In this document: piece after piece, positions 27,476 through 36,692 of the stretch | How the letters are laid out: each line of letters begins with the position of its first letter | Position numbering within the stretch: the first letter of the stretch is position 1 | Assembly (NCBI GenBank): GCA_037917685.1 | Contig: JAVCBU010000002.1 | Location: forward strand, 1-49,417 | Direction: 5' to 3' | DNA length: 49,417 nucleotides | From: Thermoproteota archaeon | GTDB taxonomy: Archaea > Korarchaeota > Korarchaeia > Korarchaeales > JAOZGB01 | The notes under the pieces: model-generated | The model's database searches: none | What the model saw: the letters and a program-made list of their open reading frames with translations, nothing else | What the model was told of the DNA's origin: nothing | Position numbers and translations under genes: made by a program

Positions 27476-27928
27476 CTAAGTATCTTGAATGTTTGTAGGG
27501 GTAAATATGTATCTAACTCTACCCTCCGGTGTCACTTCAGCGTGGAGCTTTACCTTTAACCCTACCTTTATATCTTTTTTCTTTGCTCCAACCAGCCATG
27601 CAAGAACTCTTACTCCCTCCTTTAACCTTGCGATTGCAACAGTGTATGGTCTCTCATCCTGGAAGCTTGCAGGCCTGACAATGACATGGGTGAATGTCTC
27701 TATTTCTCCCTCACCGCTCAGCTCTGTCCACCCCATGTCTGATGTCAGACATGAAGGACAGTCCGGGGATGGTGGAAAATATATTTTCCCACATTGCTTG
27801 CATTTTGTTGCATAGACCTTCCCCTCTTTTAGTCCCTCCCAGAACTTTAGTGTTTTATTTATGGGAATATTGTAGGTTATGTTTAGGGGTCTCGACTTTA
27901 AGGTTGGCATCTCACTCATGTCTCTCAC
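27476..27928 (-). CDS. DUF35 Zn-ribbon/OB-fold protein (thiolase partner)
   Basis: FWEGL..GK, CKQCG..YFPP..DCPSC, then an OB-fold; overlaps the thiolase stop. Confidence 0.92.
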   Translation of the reverse strand: MRDMSEMPTLKSRPLNITYNIPINKTLKFWEGLKEGKVYATKCKQCGKIYFPPSPDCPSCLTSDMGWTELSGEGEIETFTHVIVRPASFQDERPYTVAIARLKEGVRVLAWLVGAKKKDIKVGLKVKLHAEVTPEGRVRYIFTPTNIQDT

Positions 27929-29100
27929 CTCCTCAGGATTGTTACATAACAGTAATGCCCTGTCCCACCGACGTTGTGGGCGAGGGCTATATAGTTCTTC
28001 ATGGGGGCTTGCCTGGACGCTGGTTTAACCTCTTCTCTAAGCTGTTTCGTCAGCTCTACAACCATGGAGACGCCTGTGGCTCCTATCGGGTGTCCCTTTG
28101 CTTTTAAGCCGCCGTCGATGTTAACCGGTATTTTCCCTCCTATCTCAGTCTCCCCATTCCTTATCATCTTTCCCCCTTCACCCTTCTTACAGAATCCCAG
28201 GTCCTCGTATGCAAGTATTTCCGCTATTGTAAAGCAGTCGTGGACCGTGGCTACATCAACGTCTCCCGGCGATATCCCTGCCTTCTTATAGGCTATTCTT
28301 GAAGCCTTAACGGTTGCCTCTAAGCCCACATAGTCTTTTCTTTTACTTAGATTTGCCGTGCCCGATGAGTAGCCTATGGCTTCAATCCATACTGGCGTGT
28401 CGATGCCGAGCTCTTTAACCTTCTCCTCGGACGCGAGTACGACAGCGGCTGCGCCGTCTGAGATTGGGCAGCAGTCGTAGAGTTTAAGGGGCCAAGCGAT
28501 CACGTGGGATGAGAGAACATCTTCAACGGTTATTTCCCTCTGGAAGTGTGCTAGAGGGTTCATCGCCCCATACTTATGGTTCTTGACAGAGACCAGGGCA
28601 AGATCCTCCTCCGTGGTCCCGTACTTGTGCATGTGGGCTACAGCATGTAGTGCATAATAGGCTGGAAATGTCATGCCGAAGTTTTCAAACTCCCAAAGGT
28701 AGGATCCAGCCCTGCCTATTAGTTCTACCGCGGTCAGCGTGTTTACCTCTGTCATTTTCTCAGCTCCTATAGCCATCGCTAGGTCCACCTGCCCGCTTGC
28801 AATCGCTGTGTAGGCAGTGTTGACGGCTGCGCTTCCAGAGGCGCAGGCTGCCTCGCATCTTACAAGCCCCGCTCCCGATAGGCCGCAGTACTCCGCTATC
28901 GCCACAGCCGGCAACGGCTCTTCGTACCATACTCCAATCGTGCCTACAGATACAAACGGTATATCCTTCTGCGTTATACCTGCATCCTCCAATGCTGGCT
29001 TTACAGCTTCAAACGCAAGCTCATATACGTTTACGTCGCTTCGAACTCCGAACTTACCCTGCCCAATCCCTATAATAGCTACTCTCCTCAACATTCTCAC
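27925..29100 (-). CDS. Thiolase (archaeal/SCP-x type acetyl-CoA acyltransferase)
   Basis: CEAACASG, HDCF, KGHPIGATG and HNVGG. Confidence 0.95.
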   Translation of the reverse strand: MRMLRRVAIIGIGQGKFGVRSDVNVYELAFEAVKPALEDAGITQKDIPFVSVGTIGVWYEEPLPAVAIAEYCGLSGAGLVRCEAACASGSAAVNTAYTAIASGQVDLAMAIGAEKMTEVNTLTAVELIGRAGSYLWEFENFGMTFPAYYALHAVAHMHKYGTTEEDLALVSVKNHKYGAMNPLAHFQREITVEDVLSSHVIAWPLKLYDCCPISDGAAAVVLASEEKVKELGIDTPVWIEAIGYSSGTANLSKRKDYVGLEATVKASRIAYKKAGISPGDVDVATVHDCFTIAEILAYEDLGFCKKGEGGKMIRNGETEIGGKIPVNIDGGLKAKGHPIGATGVSMVVELTKQLREEVKPASRQAPMKNYIALAHNVGGTGHYCYVTILRR

Positions 29101-29200
29101 CTGTTTCTTTGAGATTTATTATCTCCACGACATTCACGTTTTTGAATTATTTTATATCTAACCTTTGCCGATGTCCTATCACAGGTGGAGGTGTTGGAAA

Positions 29201-30352
29201 TTGGACTTTAAGTTAACAGAAGAGCAGCTTGAGATAAAACGTGCAATCCGAGAGTTCTGTGAGAAGGAATTCGACCCGGAACTAGCCCTCGAGCTGGATA
29301 GAAAGGAAGAATATCCAATGGAGCTTTACAGGAAGGCTGCTAAGCTAGGGTTTACAAGTCTATCTATTCCAGAAGAATATGGCGGACAAGGGTATGGCTA
29401 CCTTGAATCATGCCTAGCCATGGAGGAGATGTGCAGAGCGGACTCATCCCTTGGGCTCGCAGTCATGATAGGAATATTCGGTTCTGACCTGTTACTGGTT
29501 CATGGTACCGAGGAACAAAAGGAGAAATACCTGCCTCCTCTATGTCGTGGGGAATATATATCGGCAGCAGCATTTACAGAGCCAGGGAGGGGAAGCGACA
29601 TAACAAAAATGGACACAACAGCAGTAAAATATGGGGATGAATGGTACATCAATGGTACTAAAACATTCATAACCAACGCGCCAATAGCGAACTTCATGAT
29701 CATCCTATGCCAGACAGATACCAAGGTTAGGCCTACGTATCGAGGGCAGACACTCTTTATCGTTGAAAAGGACACCCCAGGCCTAGAGGTAACCAAGCAA
29801 CAAAACAAGATGGGAATCCGTTGCACAGCCACCGGCGAGGTCTCCCTTAGCGATGTAAAAGTTACAGATGCCGCCATAGTTGGCGAGCTAAACAGGGGAT
29901 TCTACCATGCAATGTGGTTCTTCGACATAAGCAGGATCGCAGTCGCAGCTCAGGCCGTTGGAACCGCACAGGGCGCATTTGAAATAGCCTTCAAGTACGC
30001 CAAACAGAGAGAGGCCTTCGGCCAGCCAATAATCCAGTTCCAACAAGTAGGATGCAGCCTTGCCGAGATAGCAACAGAGATAGAAGCTGCCAGGCTCCTA
30101 ACCTACAAGGCAGCATGGGCCGTAGACCAGGGAAAGATAGATCCAATGCTCACTTCGATGGCGAAGCTCTATGCCAGTAGGGTTGCCGTGAAAGCCGCCA
30201 ACCTTGCCATCCAGACACTAGGTGGATACGGCTACATGGCTGAGTATAGGGTTGAGAAATACTTCAGAGACGCCAAGATAACCGAGATATACGAGGGAAC
30301 ATCTGAGATTCAGAGACTAACAGTTCTGAAGTACCTGCTCCGGATGTTCTAA
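29201..30352 (+). CDS. Acyl-CoA dehydrogenase
   Basis: TTG start after GGAGGTG; FTEPGRGSD, NGTKTFITN, GGYGY and EIYEGTSEIQR. Confidence 0.95.
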   Translation: MDFKLTEEQLEIKRAIREFCEKEFDPELALELDRKEEYPMELYRKAAKLGFTSLSIPEEYGGQGYGYLESCLAMEEMCRADSSLGLAVMIGIFGSDLLLVHGTEEQKEKYLPPLCRGEYISAAAFTEPGRGSDITKMDTTAVKYGDEWYINGTKTFITNAPIANFMIILCQTDTKVRPTYRGQTLFIVEKDTPGLEVTKQQNKMGIRCTATGEVSLSDVKVTDAAIVGELNRGFYHAMWFFDISRIAVAAQAVGTAQGAFEIAFKYAKQREAFGQPIIQFQQVGCSLAEIATEIEAARLLTYKAAWAVDQGKIDPMLTSMAKLYASRVAVKAANLAIQTLGGYGYMAEYRVEKYFRDAKITEIYEGTSEIQRLTVLKYLLRMF

Positions 30353-30403
30353 GAGAATAAAATAATAATAAAAGCACGGCTGGAAATCTGGGGTGAAGGA
30401 AAG

Positions 30404-31192
30404 TTGTCGAAGGCATATGATACTATAAAGATCGAAAGAAAGGAAAGGATTGTCTGGATAATACTGAGCCGTCAGCATAGGCTAAACGCCTTAAACGATG
30501 TAATGATGGAAGAGCTCTCAGACGCCCTAGACGTGGCCGAGCAGGATCCAGGAGCTAGAGTAGTTGTTATAACAGGAGAGGGAGACCGTGCGTTCTCAGC
30601 TGGAGCCGACATCACAGGCTTCACCAAAGTAACCCCTGTCGAAGCTGAAAAACTCTCAAGGATGGGACAGGAGGTTTTCACTAAGATCGAAAGGATGTCT
30701 AAGCCCGTTATAGCAATGATAAACGGCTATGCCCTCGGAGGAGGCCTCGAGCTGGCGTTAGCATGTGATTTCAGGATAGCTTCAGAGCACGCTGAGCTTG
30801 GAAGCCCAGAGGTAAACCTCGGAATAATACCAGGCTGGGGAGGAACCCAGAGGCTTGTAAGGGTCGCGGGACTTGCAAATGCTAAGAAACTGGTAATGCT
30901 GGGCGATAGAATAACGGCAGAAGAAGCATTGAAAATGGGGATCGTGGACAAAGTCGTCCCATTCGAGAAGTTAAGAGAGGAAACTGAGGCGCTTGCAAAG
31001 AAACTATCAGATCTGCCGCCGATAGCCCTAGCCTATGCGAAGAAGTGTATAAACTACGGAAGCCAGGTTCCGCTTGAAATAGGACTAAGGCTTGAAGCAG
31101 GGCTTATGGCCCTACTGTTCTCCACTAAGGATGTAAAGAGGGGGATAGAAGCATTCATGTCCAGGAGAAAAGCCGAGTTCAAAGGAGACTGA
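30404..31192 (+). CDS. Enoyl-CoA hydratase (crotonase)
   Basis: AFSAGADI, ALGGGLELALACD and PEVNLGIIPGWGGTQR. Confidence 0.95.
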   Translation: MSKAYDTIKIERKERIVWIILSRQHRLNALNDVMMEELSDALDVAEQDPGARVVVITGEGDRAFSAGADITGFTKVTPVEAEKLSRMGQEVFTKIERMSKPVIAMINGYALGGGLELALACDFRIASEHAELGSPEVNLGIIPGWGGTQRLVRVAGLANAKKLVMLGDRITAEEALKMGIVDKVVPFEKLREETEALAKKLSDLPPIALAYAKKCINYGSQVPLEIGLRLEAGLMALLFSTKDVKRGIEAFMSRRKAEFKGD

Positions 31193-31257
31193 CGCATCTC
31201 CTTTTTTAACTTCCTAAAGCTATACCCTTCTACTACGACCATTCAGTGCAGGCCACC

Positions 31258-31875
31258 TCAGAAGGATATATTCCTGTTCGCATCGGCTCCCCCAATTTGC
31301 TTAAGGACCAGCTTCAGTCTCCTAACTGTTATTTCACTAAGCATTACAGCTTCCTCTGTTGAAAGTAGTTTTGTTACTGAGGAATCATAAAATATATTCG
31401 CAGATGCCGGGAACTCTTCAGACTCGGCGTAAAGAACTATTATCAACGGAACCAGTGGGAGGGCGTATATCTTTACAGATGAGTCTCCATACTTGGCTTT
31501 AGAGCCGCCTAAAAGTTTACCCGCCTCAACTAGAAGCCTAGGTTCAGAGCCGAATGATCTCTCCAAAGGTTTCAAAACCCTGTAAGTAAACGGCTTAAAG
31601 TAAAGCCACCCTCCTGGCATTTGTTTAAACGAGATCAGCTTTGAGGTCTCCTCCACGGGGTTTGAGGATGCGTAACCATAGAGGACACAATATATCTTCT
31701 TAACCATATACGTGTCTAATTCCCTCCCTGTGAGTTTGTCAGTGATGGAACCATCTTCAAGTGTGAGAGTAAAACCTAGAAACGATAGTTGATCCGAGTC
31801 AGGAAAACCTAGCCTACCTCTCAGACTTCTAATTCTACTTGAGCATCGATCCCAGCTCCAATATTCACCTCCCAT
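31258..31875 (-). CDS. DUF3786-like protein
   Basis: ISFKQMPGG..Y, L...FG, ALPLVP and EEFPASANIFYD. Confidence 0.75.
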   Translation of the reverse strand: MGGEYWSWDRCSSRIRSLRGRLGFPDSDQLSFLGFTLTLEDGSITDKLTGRELDTYMVKKIYCVLYGYASSNPVEETSKLISFKQMPGGWLYFKPFTYRVLKPLERSFGSEPRLLVEAGKLLGGSKAKYGDSSVKIYALPLVPLIIVLYAESEEFPASANIFYDSSVTKLLSTEEAVMLSEITVRRLKLVLKQIGGADANRNISF

Positions 31876-32681
31876 ATAATTACCCCTGACAGCTGCTAGC
31901 TAACCCTAACATATATTCTATCACTAATTCTTCTATTACAATATTTAACCATTGAAGATTCTTGGTCAGCGGGAAACGCAGCGAGCCAGGAACATTTCTA
32001 ATCTTAGAAACTCTAATACTCACCTCAAGAATTCAGATCAAGAATTTAGAACACCTTAAAGGGTTATAGAATCCTCCTCTTCGACTACGATCAAGATAAG
32101 AGGAAACTGAAATGTGGACTATTGAGCTCTCCCCACAGGTCTGGCTATCATGTCTGGAAGATCTCCATGGTTTTAAGATATTTAACCTGTCCTTCTGATA
32201 CTATAATCTTCGCATGCCTTTGAATAAAACTGTGGGCTGTTTCGTAAATAGTTAAATACAGCCTGTGATCTCATAATAAGCTTTACAGCCGTTTTACTGC
32301 AACTGTATGCCCGCCCATAGCTCCCACCACATGTAGAGCCCCCTGTAACCTTAAATCATATTCTATAGATGGGAATCTGCATCACAGTCGACACACAAAA
32401 GTTGTCGATAAGAAGATTTATATGATTATTTTTTCTATTTTCTTGTTATGGCATGACATTAACTATTATCAATTTTGCCATATACTCTTACATGGATTGA
32501 ATGGAAAAAATATTAACCTAGATACCTATACTGGAGTAATCGTTGAAGTATTACCTCCGGTCCGTGTTGGTGGGGAAAACATTATCGATACATTCTTAGG
32601 GTTGGCAATGAAGAACTAATACTTCTCACTGGGAGTAGGAGGCTCCTATTTCCGGGAGACTGTGTAAGAACTCGAGGCTTT

Positions 32682-33665
32682 ATGAAGCCCTACTTTTATA
32701 ACCCCAAGATAAAATGTTTATACTCTCCTGGAAAAATAGAAATAATCGATAGCATAACCGACGTAGCCGGGATTAGCCGTAGACCGACTAAGATAGGGGT
32801 CTTTAATCTTAGGAGGCTTCTACATGTTTCCCCGATGGATACGGATATCTTCCGGCTCGCCCTTAAAACTTGTATGAGGGCGAGCATGATTGTGGAGGAG
32901 CTTGAAGCAAACCCTGATAAGTCTAAGCTGATCATAGACCTCTTAGGTGTGATGGTGCTTTACTCTATAATCTATAGGGATTTAGACGCCGCTATGGAAA
33001 CAGCTAACACATTGAAAATGCTCAAGCATACTCCTCTAAAAAGGAAGGAAAAAGTTAAAGTAGATACTTACTTCAGCCTCCTAAAGCCTTTACTATCATA
33101 TGAAGGCTTCCTTCCCTTTCTAATGTCCCAGGAAACAAAGGAGAAGATTAAAGTGTCAGATCCTAAGCCTAAATATAGCTATGCCCAGTTGGAAAAAATG
33201 GGAATAGACATGGAGCCCTTACTTGCCGAGATGGCACAGGAGGGATCCTCCATGATATATCTCATAGAGAGCGCGGATATCTCCCTTTCACATGATATAG
33301 TTTCAAGCATCGCATTTCAAGCAGGGGTTAAGCTGGTTGTAATACCGATAAGCATGATGGTCAAGAACTCCAGCGAAGCACTTAGAAAGCTCCATAGAAT
33401 ATTAAAGCCTAGGATGGCTGTTTTTATACCGCAGGCTCAGTTACTATGTCCTAGTAGTATCCTACGTGTTAATCTTCCCAAACAATACTATGGAGTGTTC
33501 GATAAAGCAAAGAAGAACACTATAAAACTATTAAAAAGGCTCAGAGGCGAAGTTAAAGGCGTAAAGATATTTCTATCAGCCCCCAGCAAGGTTTACATCG
33601 CAGACGAAATCATAGATATGGCGAGGATAATTCTCTGTAAGGAAAAACCAACATATTTACTCTAA
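32682..33665 (+). CDS. Hypothetical protein; C-terminal half resembles a degenerate AAA+ domain
   Basis: 327-aa ORF with a GAGG RBS; strand/helix order matches an AAA core but Walker A and B residues are lost. Confidence 0.7.
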   Translation: MKPYFYNPKIKCLYSPGKIEIIDSITDVAGISRRPTKIGVFNLRRLLHVSPMDTDIFRLALKTCMRASMIVEELEANPDKSKLIIDLLGVMVLYSIIYRDLDAAMETANTLKMLKHTPLKRKEKVKVDTYFSLLKPLLSYEGFLPFLMSQETKEKIKVSDPKPKYSYAQLEKMGIDMEPLLAEMAQEGSSMIYLIESADISLSHDIVSSIAFQAGVKLVVIPISMMVKNSSEALRKLHRILKPRMAVFIPQAQLLCPSSILRVNLPKQYYGVFDKAKKNTIKLLKRLRGEVKGVKIFLSAPSKVYIADEIIDMARIILCKEKPTYLL

Positions 33666-33774
33666 GAAACCTCAATTGATGGAGCATAATTCAGTATGTA
33701 AGCCTCACGGTTAAAATGGACAATTGATATGTATGATACATTAACAATCTTTTTATGAGGGAACTACTGCTCTA

Positions 33775-36039
33775 TTGGTGATGAGGAGCATAATCCTTAT
33801 AGTCCTGCTAACTGTGATCGTTTGTTCTTCAGCTATCCTTATCCTCGGTGTTCCCATTCAACATCAGGTTATAATTAAGGCCTATGCGGACGCGTCTATT
33901 AGGTCTGACTACGGCCTAACTAACTACGGGAGTTACACCTACCTCTGGGTTGGGGGGGACTCCTATATTGCTAGGGCTCTCGTTAGGTTCAATCTTTCAT
34001 CCATCCCGTCAGGAGCCAGTATAATCAGTGCGGAGCTGAAGCTTACTCTTTGGAAGGCTCCATCCTGCAGTGTTGAGGTTAGAGCTCATAGAATACTCGA
34101 AGACTGGCTTGAGGACCATGTAACCTGGCTTAATAGAGGGGTTGTGGTATCCTGGACAAACTTTGGTGGAGATTATAGTAGCACTGTTGAAGGCTCCTTT
34201 ACCGTTTCCTCCTCAGCGTCGGACGGCGATGAGTTCACAATGGATGTAACAGACTATGTTAGAAATGTTGTATCTGGCAACGTGCCCGACTATGGGCTTA
34301 TACTTGAAGCTGACGGCGAAGGAAGCATCCTTATGTTCTACTCATCCGAGTCCCAGAGTGGCCCTGAACTTATAGTTACCTACCTTGTCATACCGGTACC
34401 AACCATAAACTTAATCACGGGATTCGTAGTGTCAGCCTCTCCTTCAAGCCAGTCGACAACCCCTGGGGGATCCGTGGCCTATACAGTCGAGGTAGACAGG
34501 TTCGGTGGTTTCGCAGACAACGTTGTCCTAACCGTTTCGGGCATCCCAGCCGGCGCAACCTGCACCTTCACTGTAAACAACCGTGTGCCACCCTACACCT
34601 CAACTCTCATAGTTCAGATATCCCATTCAACACCCCCGGGGATGTACACCCTTGAAATAACCGGCACCGGAGGAGGGGAAACAAGCAGTGAAACAGTCTT
34701 GTTGGAGGTGGAGTCAACAATCCATCCCGACTTCCAGCTTAGGCCTTTAACTCTCTCCCAGACCATAACTCAGGGTGAAACGGCGACGTACTCCCTTAAG
34801 GTGGAGTCAATAGCAGGGTTCTCAGACCGGGTTGAACTATCAGTTCAATATGTACCCCCCGACTCCACGGCAACCGTTTCACCTGAGACTGGTACACCAA
34901 CCTTCACAGCAACAATAACAGTGGAAACCTCAAGCCAGACGCAGCCAGGCGCATACACCATTGAGGTAGTAGCTACAACAGCAGCCAGGACGAAGACAGC
35001 CCGCTTCAAGCTAATAGTTCTCCCCTCCGCCCAGCCTCCAACATCTCCACCAGCCTCCACCTCTCCACCCCCAACCCCACCGGCAACGACTCCTCCACCT
35101 TCAACCCCACCTGCATCCACGCCTGCGCCGAGTACGCCTCCAACCCATCCATCTGGAGGCTTCGATTTTACCATTTCGGTGGCGCCTTCCAGCGTAGAGA
35201 TTTATCCGGGCGAGTCCGCGACGATATCTGTAAGTATTGGCCTAGTCTCCGGGAGAAGCCGTCAGGTTAGAATAGTTGTTGAGGGGCTTCCAGCTGGGCA
35301 TGCCTACACTGTTCATCCGGAGATTGTAAGCCCACCTGCCACTTCAACCCTAACCATAACCGCCGGCTCTTCTACAGGCTCCTACACTGTTAAGGTTAAG
35401 GGGGTAAGCGGGAGGATTGAGCGGGCCGCGGAGCTGACAGTCACAGTTAAAGCGTCTAGATGTTTAATAGTGACTGCTACCTACGGTTCCGAGCTTTCAT
35501 GGCAGGTTGTTATGCTGAGAGATTTTAGAGACGGGAGGGTAATGTCAACCAGGCTGGGGAGAGCTTTCATAGAGGTGTTTAACATCGTATACTACAGTTT
35601 CAGCCCCCAGGTGTCCAGCTTCATCTCTAAACACGAAACCATCAGGTCAATAGTGAAGGTGTCGTTATACCCGCTTATATATATTCTGAGGCTGTCAGAA
35701 TATGTCTCTTCGAGTCTCTGGGGAAATGCTGAGCTGGCGATAATGGTTTCAGGCATTATCGCATGCATACTGGTAGGGATGATATACTTAACAGTTCCCC
35801 TCCTCATACTCCAAAAAGTCACCGGGTTAAGCCTCCCACTAAAACCACTTCTCCTAACAGCTACTGGATGCTTCCTGCTAACTCTGGCCTCTTTCTACCT
35901 TTCAGATTCCCTATTACCGCTCTCAACCTCCGTACTCACGGTTTCCACTGCACTGTCAGCTTCAGGACTCACTGCTAAGCTGTTACAGACCGCAGTATCC
36001 AACTATTTTAGGCCACCCGACCTGGTAGTGAAAACCTGA
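33775..36039 (+). CDS. Cell-surface protein: signal peptide, DNRLRE/CBM96-like domain, three Ig-like repeats, Pro/Thr linker, CFI-box-CTERM domain and terminal TM helices
   Basis: ADASI...NYG...RALVRFNLS.IP....SAEL.L...W.E..VTW; repeats start near 34420, 34729 and 35164; CLIVTATYGSE...LRDFRD...YYSFSP starts at 35461. Confidence 0.85.
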   Translation: MVMRSIILIVLLTVIVCSSAILILGVPIQHQVIIKAYADASIRSDYGLTNYGSYTYLWVGGDSYIARALVRFNLSSIPSGASIISAELKLTLWKAPSCSVEVRAHRILEDWLEDHVTWLNRGVVVSWTNFGGDYSSTVEGSFTVSSSASDGDEFTMDVTDYVRNVVSGNVPDYGLILEADGEGSILMFYSSESQSGPELIVTYLVIPVPTINLITGFVVSASPSSQSTTPGGSVAYTVEVDRFGGFADNVVLTVSGIPAGATCTFTVNNRVPPYTSTLIVQISHSTPPGMYTLEITGTGGGETSSETVLLEVESTIHPDFQLRPLTLSQTITQGETATYSLKVESIAGFSDRVELSVQYVPPDSTATVSPETGTPTFTATITVETSSQTQPGAYTIEVVATTAARTKTARFKLIVLPSAQPPTSPPASTSPPPTPPATTPPPSTPPASTPAPSTPPTHPSGGFDFTISVAPSSVEIYPGESATISVSIGLVSGRSRQVRIVVEGLPAGHAYTVHPEIVSPPATSTLTITAGSSTGSYTVKVKGVSGRIERAAELTVTVKASRCLIVTATYGSELSWQVVMLRDFRDGRVMSTRLGRAFIEVFNIVYYSFSPQVSSFISKHETIRSIVKVSLYPLIYILRLSEYVSSSLWGNAELAIMVSGIIACILVGMIYLTVPLLILQKVTGLSLPLKPLLLTATGCFLLTLASFYLSDSLLPLSTSVLTVSTALSASGLTAKLLQTAVSNYFRPPDLVVKT
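35023..35154 (+). repeat. Low-complexity Pro/Thr/Ser linker (PPASTS/PPATT/PPST units)
   Basis: Imperfect CCx/ACx codon repeats encoding PSAQPPTSPPASTSPPPTPPATTPPPSTPPASTPAPSTPPTHPS. Confidence 0.85.
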
Positions 36040-36688
36040 CTCTCAACATGTCAATAAGATCTGACGCGTCCTCAGCCAGATCTGACGAGCTTTCAATCTC
36101 GGCTAATATGTCGTTTAAGAGGAGTATTCCCTTGATGCCCAGGTTCTCGGGGAGCATTTTCTTTGCCTCGTGGTACTGTATATCTATCTCATGTTCAAGC
36201 CTTCCAACCTCCTCTATCCTTTCGAGACAGAGGTCGAGATCCTGAAATAGGCAGTTAACAGCCTTAACCAGCTGGTCAACCTCGGAGCTAAGCGTGTCAG
36301 CCATTTTGCAGAGTTTATCCTTCATCTTGCCGATGTCGATGCCGAGGTCGACGATTATTTCAAGTGTTAAAGCCGCGTTCTTAGCCTCGTCTCCAACCAG
36401 GTCTACACGGCTGGATAATGTAAGGAAGGCTTCAGCATCCCTGGAGCTAATACCTGACCTGGCGATCTCGAAACCTATCATCCTCCTGATGCTGTCAGCC
36501 TCGTTCTCCAGGGTTTTCACCCTCTCTATCGCCGCCCTGCAATCATCCATGTTTCCGTCTCTGTGCGAAAGAAGCGCCCTTTTAAGCTCGTTGACAGCGT
36601 CGCATATCGTGACCGCGTGCTCATGGATCTTTTCAATTATCCCTGCTGTTTCCCTTTTTTTAAAATAGTCCAGGTACTTCTCAGCCAT
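36008..36688 (-). CDS. DUF47 / PhoU-like phosphate transport regulator
   Basis: Two helical repeats: LENEADSIRR...D.VGD and LEHEID...SSDLAED. Confidence 0.85.
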   Translation of the reverse strand: MAEKYLDYFKKRETAGIIEKIHEHAVTICDAVNELKRALLSHRDGNMDDCRAAIERVKTLENEADSIRRMIGFEIARSGISSRDAEAFLTLSSRVDLVGDEAKNAALTLEIIVDLGIDIGKMKDKLCKMADTLSSEVDQLVKAVNCLFQDLDLCLERIEEVGRLEHEIDIQYHEAKKMLPENLGIKGILLLNDILAEIESSSDLAEDASDLIDMLRVRFSLPGRVA

Positions 36689-36692
36689 AGCT

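Noticed and set aside
31876-32681. Short ORFs in the AT-rich gap, including 32422-32619
   Set aside because: No recognisable motifs or convincing RBS; treated as non-coding or decayed DNA
35023-35154. Repeat tract as a CRISPR array or VNTR
   Set aside because: Imperfect, codon-phased and encodes a Pro/Thr linker; no repeat-spacer structure
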